NCBI GenBank assembly: GCA_934155645.1
Contig: CAKPHC010000006.1
Coordinates: 30,625 to 94,624, forward strand
Direction: 5' to 3'
DNA from: an uncultured Bacilli bacterium
GTDB lineage: Bacteria > Bacillota_I > Bacilli_A > RF39 > UBA660
DNA length: 64,000 nucleotides
The first letter of the stretch is position 1, and every line of letters starts with the position of its first letter. The notes under the pieces were generated by a model, which saw only the letters and a list, made by a program, of their open reading frames with translations, searched no databases and had not been told where the DNA came from. Positions 20,270-28,233 of the stretch are shown here, piece by piece. The translations under genes were made by a program, and so were the position numbers.

Positions 20270-20389
20270 AGTATCCTCCCACTAACATTATTCTAACACA
20301 AATTGCTTTTTTTAAAAATATATTTGACTATTATTAAATAATATGATAAAGTTAATAGGCAAGTATTATTAACTGAAGGAGGAAATATT

Positions 20390-20575
20390 ATGGCAATTAA
20401 TGTATCAAATAGAAAACCAAACTGTAAAGCTAATGATAGATCTCATGCTTTAAATACTCACAATCGTAAGCAAAAGTTAAATCTTCAAGTTGTTAGATTA
20501 GCTGATGGAACTAGAGTTAGAGTTTCTGCTAAAGAAAAAAGAACTTTATACAAAGATTTTGATGTAGCAGCATAA
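20390..20575 (+). CDS. rpmB: 50S ribosomal protein L28
   Basis: NDRSHALN..RK..LNLQ..VRVSAKEKRTL pattern, 61 aa, strong GGAGG RBS. Confidence 0.8.
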   Translation: MAINVSNRKPNCKANDRSHALNTHNRKQKLNLQVVRLADGTRVRVSAKEKRTLYKDFDVAA

Positions 20576-20580
20576 TAAAA

Positions 20581-20607
20581 CAGATATTTCAAATATCTGT
20601 TTTTTTT
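20581..20607 (+). terminator. rpmB terminator
   Basis: CAGATATT-tca-AATATCTG + T8. Confidence 0.75.
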
Positions 20608-20609
20608 GT

Positions 20610-21530
20610 CTATTTAACGTAAGCTAAAATATCAATTGGAATAATTGTATTATCTTTTAAAAGAATAAATTCATAGTTTGTGTACTTTACTTCTTTAAAG
20701 TACTTTTTATATGTTTCATTTTCTACTAGTTTCTTTTCACAAGCAATATCAATGTATTTCTTACACTCTTTTGTTTCTATTTCTTTTAGTAAATATATTT
20801 TATCAGTTGTTACGATTCTGTCTACTTCATCTTTTTCGTTACTCCTAAAATCTATTATATGTCCATACTCTTCTTTTGAATATGCTATTTTTTCAGAAAC
20901 GATTTCATATTTGGTTGGGTTGTAAGCATCAATATCATAATTGAATTCTGTAGATTGCTTTATTATGATTGAATAAATATTACCATCTGTTTTTAATACA
21001 AAAAACTTAGAATAATAAATATTTTCAGAAGGAGAATCAGCATATTCACTACCATCGTTATTTTGATAACTATAAGTGATGACATCATTATTTTGAACTA
21101 GTATACTTGAATTTGTATTATAGTATTCATCAATCATCACTTTATTTTCTATAGCATCATATCGGTACATTTTACCATCATTACCGACAATTGTATTATT
21201 TACTACCTTTTTCATAGTAGTATTTATATCAGCTTTCATACATTGTTCATCATTACTAAAAAGTTGATCACTATAAATATTTATTCTATATACTACACCA
21301 TCGCTAGTTATAAAATAGTCTCTAGCAAGCATCATTAAGTCATTGTCTTTTAATGCACTACACTTTACTGTTGTATACTTATCAATATATCTATACTCTT
21401 CATCATAGTTTTTTAGATAATTAACAAATGTATCATCTTTCTTTACTTCTTGGTTTTTCTGCTTAGTTTTGCTACATCCACATATCGCTAATAATATAAT
21501 TAACAAAATAATTAGTTTGCTTTTTTTCAT
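20610..21530 (-). CDS. Putative lipoprotein
   Basis: MKKSKLIILLIILLAICGCSK has a lipobox (LAIC-G-C). Start moved to ATG 21530 (GGGGTG RBS). Confidence 0.7.
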   Translation of the reverse strand: MKKSKLIILLIILLAICGCSKTKQKNQEVKKDDTFVNYLKNYDEEYRYIDKYTTVKCSALKDNDLMMLARDYFITSDGVVYRINIYSDQLFSNDEQCMKADINTTMKKVVNNTIVGNDGKMYRYDAIENKVMIDEYYNTNSSILVQNNDVITYSYQNNDGSEYADSPSENIYYSKFFVLKTDGNIYSIIIKQSTEFNYDIDAYNPTKYEIVSEKIAYSKEEYGHIIDFRSNEKDEVDRIVTTDKIYLLKEIETKECKKYIDIACEKKLVENETYKKYFKEVKYTNYEFILLKDNTIIPIDILAYVK

Positions 21531-21555
21531 AATTGACACCCCTACTAAAAAAGAC

Positions 21556-21996
21556 TTAATCGTTATCGTTTAAGTCTAGTATTTCTATTTCATCTACTAC
21601 TGCTAGTTGTTGTTCAATAACTAGTTTTAATTTTTTCTTAAATATTCTAGCATTTCTTTCTAGAGTATCTGCTTTTAATTCGATTCTTTCTGCTCTAAGT
21701 AGAGCGTCATTAACAATACGGGATGCATTACGACGTGCTTCTTCTACAATTATTTTTCCTTCATCCATAGCTTGTTTCTTAATATTAGTACTAGCTTCTT
21801 CTGCTTTATACATAGAACCCTTAAGAGTTTCTTCCATTTTTTTATATTTAACAAGTTGTTCTTTTAAGTTATTAATTTCAACTTGTTGAGTTTTAACTCT
21901 TTTTATCATGGATTCAGTATTAGTAATAACATCATCTATAAACTTATTTACTTCACTACAGCTATAGCCATTAGGTTCTATACTAAATTTGTCCAT
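21556..21996 (-). CDS. divIVA: DivIVA-domain protein
   Basis: The N-terminal F..NGYSCSEVNKFIDDV matches the DivIVA lipid-binding domain pattern; the rest is coiled-coil; it lies next to sepF. Confidence 0.75.
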   Translation of the reverse strand: MDKFSIEPNGYSCSEVNKFIDDVITNTESMIKRVKTQQVEINNLKEQLVKYKKMEETLKGSMYKAEEASTNIKKQAMDEGKIIVEEARRNASRIVNDALLRAERIELKADTLERNARIFKKKLKLVIEQQLAVVDEIEILDLNDND

Positions 21997-22022
21997 GTCA
22001 TCACCCCATTATTACTGATAAC

Positions 22023-22445
22023 TTACCAATCGAATTCTTCTTCCTCTTCTTCTTTTGCTTCTTGTTTTCTACCTTTTCCCTTTGCATTAGTAGGATTACT
22101 ATCGTCAGAAATCTTACCTTCTACATTTATATTTTTTGGAGTACATAAGAATATTCCTCCACCTAGTTTTTGTAAATCACCTTCGATTGCATATAATGTT
22201 CCACTTAGGAAATCAACAATTCTTTTAGCTTGGTCAGGAGTAACTCTTTTTAAGTTAACTACTACTGCACTATTGTTTTTTAAATAGTCTGCAATTTGTT
22301 GACTTTCAGAATATGCACGTGGTTCTAAAAGCATCATTCTATTTTCAGCACCCATTGCTGGTTCACTATAATATTCTGTTGCTGTCTCCTCTTTTTCTTG
22401 TATTTCCCCACCTGAAAAGAAATTTTTAAATTTATCTAAAGCCAT
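22023..22445 (-). CDS. sepF: Cell division protein SepF
   Basis: [54 protein letters not shown] is the SepF core; own extended -10 TGATACAAT upstream. Confidence 0.9.
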   Translation of the reverse strand: MALDKFKNFFSGGEIQEKEETATEYYSEPAMGAENRMMLLEPRAYSESQQIADYLKNNSAVVVNLKRVTPDQAKRIVDFLSGTLYAIEGDLQKLGGGIFLCTPKNINVEGKISDDSNPTNAKGKGRKQEAKEEEEEEFDW

Positions 22446-22518
22446 AATAATTCCTCCAATTATTTATACCTATCTTTTATACAGATATTGTATCATACTT
22501 TTTTTTATTTTTAAAGTC

Positions 22519-24315
22519 CTATTTTTCTCCATACCATAATTTTGAAATATCACTATTACTACTTAATGGTTCTGGGTCCGGTTTATCTATTTTTACATTC
22601 ACTGGAACTTTAAAAGCTGAACCAAATGCAATAGCATTACCAGGTTGTAATGTTTTTAGATGAGCTATTATCTCATCACTCACATTAGGTACCATTTGTT
22701 TTATATATGCTAAATCCTTAGGATGTAATGTTCTTAGAATTATAAAGTTAGAACATTGCGAAATACTTGTATCACTAAGTTCACTAGGTCTTTGAGTAAT
22801 AAGTCCTAATAGAACACCATATTTTCTACCTTCTTTAGTAATTCTATCAAATATATTGTATCCCAATAATTCTTGGTCCCTATCTAATTGAACATATCTA
22901 TGAGCCTCTTCTATAATGATATGAAATGGAATAGTTCCACGTTCACGAGACTCAGTAGCAAAATCAAATAACATTTTTGATATTATCTTAGTTAAAGTTT
23001 TGGCCATCCTATCATTAACGTAATTTATATTAAAATTAACTATTTGAGCTTTTTTACCATCTAAAGTAGTAAGTAGTCTTGCAATATAACTTTTTCTATC
23101 AATCATTTCATTATATTCAAAAAATGCGGCATATTCACTGTTTATTAAAGTATGTAATCTTACGCTTAATACATTAGCATAATCAAAGACTTTATCACTC
23201 TTTAAGACACCTTCAGATATAAGCGAAAAATCAAGAGCTAGTTCCAAGTCTTTTAATGTATATGGAATATTTCCTTTAGGTGATGGTATTTCTAACCCTT
23301 CTATTATAAAGGATGAAATAAAATCTACTACAAGTTCCATTTCTTGCATTTTACCAGTTTTATCTATAAATAAACATTGTCTTAGTGTTCTAACATATCC
23401 AGGTTGTACTATTTTACTCTCAAGATTTAAATCTTTAGTTTGATAAGTAGTTAAGATTGCTATTAATTGGTCTCTTAATTTACTAGAATCTTTACCACTT
23501 CTTAATATATCTAAAAGTGCTCTGGCTACTATATCATTACGATATCTAGTTACTTCTTCATCTTCTTCGTTGGGGTCACCTGAATTTCTTAAAATTGGTA
23601 CTAGTTTTAAAGCTTTTTCAATAATTGATAATTGAGCCGGTTCACTAGCATCAAGTAATAAGGCTATATCATCTATTCCTAGTAACCAAAGAGGTATTCT
23701 TAATATTTCCCCATCTGGATATAATGAATTAGTAGTATATGTTTTGTAATTTAATACTGGTGATATTTCACTAATCCTAGAAAAAGCATTAGTGTATTCA
23801 CCATAAGCATCAAAGATAAATATATTAGCGTTAACAGGTAAATAGTTGTTACTAGTAAAAATATTTTGTAAAAGTCTTGCTACAGTACAACTTTTACCAG
23901 ACCCAGTATTACCTAATATAGCAAAATGATTACTAAAGAAACTATTAACACCTACATTTATTCTATAGTTAGTATATATACTTGACTTTCCTAAGTAAAT
24001 TTGGTCATTATTTTGAATTTGTTGTTCACCTAATATAAGTGCAAGTTCATCCATAGTAATAATTCTAACATTTGATTTAAATGATGGTTTTTTGGTAAAT
24101 CCAGGTAAGAATTTATTATTTACTATTTCCCCTACTATACTTATTTTAGCGTTATCAATACCGATGTTTACTATCTCACCAACTATTTTCTGGTTGTCGT
24201 CTTCAAATACTACATGAACGTTAATTAAGTTAGTTTGAGTAGTAATATCTATTGCTAATTTAATTGTTACTATATTATTTTCTATATCTATAATATTACC
24301 TAGCATCTTCATCAA
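22519..24315 (-). CDS. HerA/FtsK-superfamily ATPase (DUF87-like) with N-terminal HAS-barrel-like region
   Basis: Walker A AILGNTGSGKSC, Walker B HIIIEEAHRY, GLITQRPSEL. The precise start is uncertain (TTG 24315 or an ATG a few codons in). Confidence 0.75.
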   Translation of the reverse strand: MMKMLGNIIDIENNIVTIKLAIDITTQTNLINVHVVFEDDNQKIVGEIVNIGIDNAKISIVGEIVNNKFLPGFTKKPSFKSNVRIITMDELALILGEQQIQNNDQIYLGKSSIYTNYRINVGVNSFFSNHFAILGNTGSGKSCTVARLLQNIFTSNNYLPVNANIFIFDAYGEYTNAFSRISEISPVLNYKTYTTNSLYPDGEILRIPLWLLGIDDIALLLDASEPAQLSIIEKALKLVPILRNSGDPNEEDEEVTRYRNDIVARALLDILRSGKDSSKLRDQLIAILTTYQTKDLNLESKIVQPGYVRTLRQCLFIDKTGKMQEMELVVDFISSFIIEGLEIPSPKGNIPYTLKDLELALDFSLISEGVLKSDKVFDYANVLSVRLHTLINSEYAAFFEYNEMIDRKSYIARLLTTLDGKKAQIVNFNINYVNDRMAKTLTKIISKMLFDFATESRERGTIPFHIIIEEAHRYVQLDRDQELLGYNIFDRITKEGRKYGVLLGLITQRPSELSDTSISQCSNFIILRTLHPKDLAYIKQMVPNVSDEIIAHLKTLQPGNAIAFGSAFKVPVNVKIDKPDPEPLSSNSDISKLWYGEK

Positions 24316-24367
24316 CCCTATTCTTTATTCTAGCAAAATTATAACACAATAAAATTTAATTGAAAAC

Positions 24368-24388
24368 AAAAAAAGAGATTTAATCTCT
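24368..24388 (-). terminator. Terminator of paralog P2 (overlaps its stop)
   Basis: Minus strand: AGAGAT-taa-ATCTCT + T7. Confidence 0.5.
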
Positions 24389-25823
24389 AATTTGTTTCTA
24401 TTACATATGGGTCTGTTACTGTACCAGTTCCACTTTTAACTGTTACTGTTGATTTTAAATTGATTACAGGTCTAACACCAGTGTAGGTGTTGCCAATGTA
24501 TTCCAACGACAAACCAAGTGAATTGCCGACGATATAACCATGGAGGACTGAAACAACAGTGGCTGAACTTGAACCTGAACTTGAACTTGAACCTGGACCT
24601 GAACCTGAACTATGAAGCGTAGATTTGGCAGGTGACATCGTCCAAAATGTTTCTCCCGTTATTATATAACAACCCGTACTAGCTGTTGCATAATTCACTT
24701 CACCAGCACTTATCAACCCAATCGGATATGTTAAGGCTTTATTACCTTTGGTTGATGTTAATAATGTATACAAATCGTTATTTTGTGGGCATTTAAACTG
24801 TGAAGTTTTAGAGCCGTACTCAGTGACAGCCGTTCCTATTCCTGTACCTCTTTTTAAACTTCTATCTCCACAAAATCCTGAGTCTGCTATTAGTGATGAA
24901 TAACTTATTAAATTATTTTGATACCATGTATCTAAAGTTGTCTTGATTGTACTTGAATTTGTATTTGCATGGGTTGCTGCATATGTTGTTGAACCAGCAG
25001 TTCCATACATATATCCTGCATATGCATTGTCTCCGTTCACACTATTAAATGCACTATTACCGATTGAATCTTGCTTTATTAATCTGACACTTTCATCTTC
25101 ATTTATTCTTACTACTCTCCATATAAATCCCGCAAAAGACACATAGTTGTTATCTACCGTCCCACTAAAATAATAAGTCGTTTTACCTTCTTCTGTATTT
25201 TTATTTGTGTAATACAATCCTTTTCCTGTTCTATAATCAGTAGTATCTGCTTGGGCCGTGTTCTTCTTTAAAATTAAACTGTTTAAACGTTTTACTTCGA
25301 TACTTGGTGTTTCGCTTGGTATTGTTTGACCTGTATCTTGTACTACTTCTATTGATAAATTAATACTTCCTATACTATCCTCTGGTAGTGATGTAATATT
25401 TGAATCTAGTTGTACTGTCACTGTAAATGTCTTTTCAGTAGCTTTTGCTAATTTATATCCTTTAGTTAACCCAGAAACATCATAAGTTACTTTTGGTGAA
25501 CTGTTACTAGTTATTTTTATATCATTTATGATTGCATTTACTGTTCCACCATTTTTTATAACTATAGTGTATACCATTTTATCTCCTGGTAATTTTAACC
25601 CTGTTCTAAAATTAGCTGTTGTTCCTGTTACGCTTGGAGTTTCAATATTATATGCTTCTCCTGTTGCAGATGATGTTATACTTGAGAAAAATATATTCCA
25701 ATTAGATGTTATGTTACCTTTAGAAGATATTCTTAACTTAGTTGCAAAGGCTGCATATCCAACCGCTAGTAATAATACTGCAATACATAATACCATACAT
25801 ATTATTGTTTTCTTTCTATTCAT
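24387..25823 (-). CDS. Secreted modular protein, family paralog P2
   Basis: The true start is MNRKKTIICMVL at 25823 (GAGGT RBS), the same start as the identical tandem copy; the 45-codon upstream extension in the ORF track is intergenic. Shared N-module plus shared C-terminal domain (WRVVRINEDES, GYMYGTAGSTTYAATHANTNSSTIK, GFCGDRS, FWTMSP, VRPVINLKST). Confidence 0.85.
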   Translation of the reverse strand: MNRKKTIICMVLCIAVLLLAVGYAAFATKLRISSKGNITSNWNIFFSSITSSATGEAYNIETPSVTGTTANFRTGLKLPGDKMVYTIVIKNGGTVNAIINDIKITSNSSPKVTYDVSGLTKGYKLAKATEKTFTVTVQLDSNITSLPEDSIGSINLSIEVVQDTGQTIPSETPSIEVKRLNSLILKKNTAQADTTDYRTGKGLYYTNKNTEEGKTTYYFSGTVDNNYVSFAGFIWRVVRINEDESVRLIKQDSIGNSAFNSVNGDNAYAGYMYGTAGSTTYAATHANTNSSTIKTTLDTWYQNNLISYSSLIADSGFCGDRSLKRGTGIGTAVTEYGSKTSQFKCPQNNDLYTLLTSTKGNKALTYPIGLISAGEVNYATASTGCYIITGETFWTMSPAKSTLHSSGSGPGSSSSSGSSSATVVSVLHGYIVGNSLGLSLEYIGNTYTGVRPVINLKSTVTVKSGTGTVTDPYVIETN

Positions 25824-25899
25824 ATCACATACCTCGATTATTATTAATATATATTTATTATATAATACCTTGATGGTATTTTCAATTAAAAAGAAGAAC
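25251..25899 (-). repeat. 649-bp near-identical block, copy A (P2 codons 1-191 + 5' UTR + promoter)
   Basis: Matches 26960-27608 at a constant offset of 1709. The stretches I compared base by base (about 25251-25560) and the upstream segment showed two mismatches (25263 C vs T, 25872 A vs G). In between, identity rests on the identical sense and antisense translations. Confidence 0.9.
25857..25885 (-). promoter_or_regulatory. Sigma-A-type promoter of P2 with an inverted repeat in the spacer
   Basis: Minus strand: TTGAAA-ATACCATCAAGGTATTA-TATAAT (17-nt spacer). ATACC-N5-GGTAT is a palindrome. Confidence 0.55.
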
Positions 25900-25968
25900 A
25901 TAATTTGTTTTGTTAGACACATTATTAACTTGACGTTAAACTTTTTAGTATATGACAAATTATTAGAT

Positions 25969-26006
25969 AAAAAAAAATTACAACAATTTTTAAATCTATT
26001 GTAATT
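25969..26006 (-). terminator. Terminator of paralog P3
   Basis: Minus strand: AATTACAA-..-TTGTAATT + T9. Confidence 0.6.
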
Positions 26007-26065
26007 TAATATTTAATATCACTTTATGCTTAGAAACAGATACTATGCTTGCTTTAAAAGAAATA

Positions 26066-27532
26066 TCAGTCTGTAAGTATTATGTATGGGTCGCTTGAAG
26101 TGCCGGTTCCACCTTTAACTGTTACTGTCGCTTTTAAATTAATTACAGGACGAGTTGCTCCCGAAAGATTAGTTTCGAATGGGTTAAAGTATACAGGGGC
26201 ACCATTAGCAGTGCGATACATTCTCCATATAGTGCTGCCACTAGATTGGCTTGAAGTATTCGGTGTCATTGTCAGAAAATAATAGTTACTTGTCAGTTCA
26301 GAGTTATCTGTCAAATAATAATCTTCACTAATTTTACCTAATACTGCCCCAGCATAAACTACTTCATCTGCTGTTATTAATCCTATTGGATATGTTAAGG
26401 CTTTATTTCCCTTTGTCGCTGTTTCTGTTGTATATAAATCATTACTTTGCGGACATGCATATTGGGGCTTATTACTGTTAGTGCTGAGTCTTTTCCAAGC
26501 CCCATAGTGAGTAAGAGCTGTTCCTATCCCCGTACCATCTGCTAGACTTCTATCGCCACAGAAACCTGTATCTGCTAAATATGATGAATATTGGCTCAGA
26601 TTACTACTATACCAAGTGTCAACGGCAGTTTTAATTGTACTTGAATTTGTATTAGCATGTGTTGCTGCATATGTTGTTGAACCTGCTGTTCCATACATAT
26701 ATCCTACATAAGATGCATCGGTATGATTAGTATTAAATGCACTATTACCTATTGAATCTTGTTTTATTAACCTAATGCTTTCATCCTCATTTATTCTTAC
26801 TACTCTCCATATAAAGCCTGCGAAAGATACATAGTTGTTATTTACTACTCCTCTAAAATAATATGTTGTTTTGCCTTCTTCTGTATTTTTATTTGTGTAA
26901 TATAATCCTTTACCATTTGTATCGCTACTTACTTTAGAAAAGTCTATACTAGCATCACTTTGGGCCGTGTTTTTCTTTAAAATTAAACTGTTTAAACGTT
27001 TTACTTCGATACTTGGTGTTTCGCTTGGTATTGTTTGACCTGTATCTTGTACTACTTCTATTGATAAATTAATACTTCCTATACTATCCTCTGGTAGTGA
27101 TGTAATATTTGAATCTAGTTGTACTGTCACTGTAAATGTCTTTTCAGTAGCTTTTGCTAATTTATATCCTTTAGTTAACCCAGAAACATCATAAGTTACT
27201 TTTGGTGAACTGTTACTAGTTATTTTTATATCATTTATGATTGCATTTACTGTTCCACCATTTTTTATAACTATAGTGTATACCATTTTATCTCCTGGTA
27301 ATTTTAACCCTGTTCTAAAATTAGCTGTTGTTCCTGTTACGCTTGGAGTTTCAATATTATATGCTTCTCCTGTTGCAGATGATGTTATACTTGAGAAAAA
27401 TATATTCCAATTAGATGTTATGTTACCTTTAGAAGATATTCTTAACTTAGTTGCAAAGGCTGCATATCCAACCGCTAGTAATAATACTGCAATACATAAT
27501 ACCATACATATTATTGTTTTCTTTCTATTCAT
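26066..27532 (-). CDS. Secreted modular protein, family paralog P3
   Basis: The first 191 residues are identical to P2; the C-terminal domain is homologous but diverged (WRVVRINEDES, GYMYGTAGSTTYAATHANTNSSTIK, GFCGDRS, TRPVINLKAT). Confidence 0.9.
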   Translation of the reverse strand: MNRKKTIICMVLCIAVLLLAVGYAAFATKLRISSKGNITSNWNIFFSSITSSATGEAYNIETPSVTGTTANFRTGLKLPGDKMVYTIVIKNGGTVNAIINDIKITSNSSPKVTYDVSGLTKGYKLAKATEKTFTVTVQLDSNITSLPEDSIGSINLSIEVVQDTGQTIPSETPSIEVKRLNSLILKKNTAQSDASIDFSKVSSDTNGKGLYYTNKNTEEGKTTYYFRGVVNNNYVSFAGFIWRVVRINEDESIRLIKQDSIGNSAFNTNHTDASYVGYMYGTAGSTTYAATHANTNSSTIKTAVDTWYSSNLSQYSSYLADTGFCGDRSLADGTGIGTALTHYGAWKRLSTNSNKPQYACPQSNDLYTTETATKGNKALTYPIGLITADEVVYAGAVLGKISEDYYLTDNSELTSNYYFLTMTPNTSSQSSGSTIWRMYRTANGAPVYFNPFETNLSGATRPVINLKATVTVKGGTGTSSDPYIILTD

Positions 27533-27608
27533 ATCACATACCTCGATTATTATTAATATATATTTATTATATAATACCTTGGTGGTATTTTCAATTAAAA
27601 AGAAGAAC
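26960..27608 (-). repeat. 649-bp near-identical block, copy B (P3 codons 1-191 + 5' UTR + promoter)
   Basis: See copy A. Confidence 0.9.
27566..27594 (-). promoter_or_regulatory. Sigma-A-type promoter of P3
   Basis: TTGAAA-ATACCACCAAGGTATTA-TATAAT, the duplicate of the P2 promoter with one substitution in the palindrome loop. Confidence 0.55.
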
Positions 27609-27612
27609 CGAA

Positions 27613-28233
27613 TTATTTTTTCGATTCTTCTTGTAAAATCTTTGAATATTTACAGCCACAATAGTTTTGTCTATATAAATTATATTCCTTAGATAATTCT
27701 ATACTTCTTTTATAACCATTTTTCTTTTTAAAGTCTGCGTACAAATAATTTATTCCATATTTTTTTGCTAAAGCTTCACCTATTTCATTTAATACTTTAG
27801 CATTTTTATAAGGACTTATTGATAAAGTCGTTGTAAAGTAATCATACCCTTTTTCTTTTGCTAACTTAGCAGTCTCTTCCAATCGCATATTATAACAAAT
27901 ATGACAACGAGAACCACCTTCTTTTTCTTGTTCTTTACCTCTAATTAATTCTTCATAACGATTATTATCGTAAACCCCTTCAATAAAATCCACTTTATTC
28001 TTTAAAGGCATTTCACTAATAAGTCTTTTTTGTTCTTCACACCGTTTTGTAAACTCCTCTTTAGGAGATATGTTTGGATTATAATATAGAATTGTTATTT
28101 TAAAATAATTAGACAAGTACTCTAAAACATAACTAGAACATGGTGCACAACAACTATGTAGTAATAAACTAGGAGTTTTTTTACTTTCTATAATTTTGTC
28201 TATCTCTTTCTCCAAGTTTTCTTGAAAATTCAT
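27613..28233 (-). CDS. queH: Epoxyqueuosine reductase QueH (DUF208)
   Basis: LLLHSCCAPCS, CHICY and NYCGC cysteine motifs; good RBS AAGGAAGGA. Confidence 0.85.
   Translation of the reverse strand: MNFQENLEKEIDKIIESKKTPSLLLHSCCAPCSSYVLEYLSNYFKITILYYNPNISPKEEFTKRCEEQKRLISEMPLKNKVDFIEGVYDNNRYEELIRGKEQEKEGGSRCHICYNMRLEETAKLAKEKGYDYFTTTLSISPYKNAKVLNEIGEALAKKYGINYLYADFKKKNGYKRSIELSKEYNLYRQNYCGCKYSKILQEESKK

Noticed and set aside
21883-22287. 134-aa plus-strand ORF, and similar ones at 54145-54540 and 58952-59494
   Set aside because: All are antisense to well-supported genes (divIVA/sepF, uppS/KH, valS-B) and lack translation signals.
25824-25958. 45-codon N-terminal extension of P2 in the ORF track (MSYTKKFNVKL...)
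   Set aside because: The identical tandem copy starts at MNRKK with a GAGGT RBS. The extension runs through the promoter and the upstream terminator.
25528-26004. Long plus-strand ORFs antisense to the N-terminal modules of the family paralogs (25528-26004, 27237-27692, 44320-44898, 50833-51291)
   Set aside because: They lack RBSs and encode low-complexity hydrophobic strings. They recur only because the sense genes are homologous. The sense frames have clear RBSs, signal peptides and conserved motifs. I treat these ORFs as a by-product of the sense-strand codon composition.
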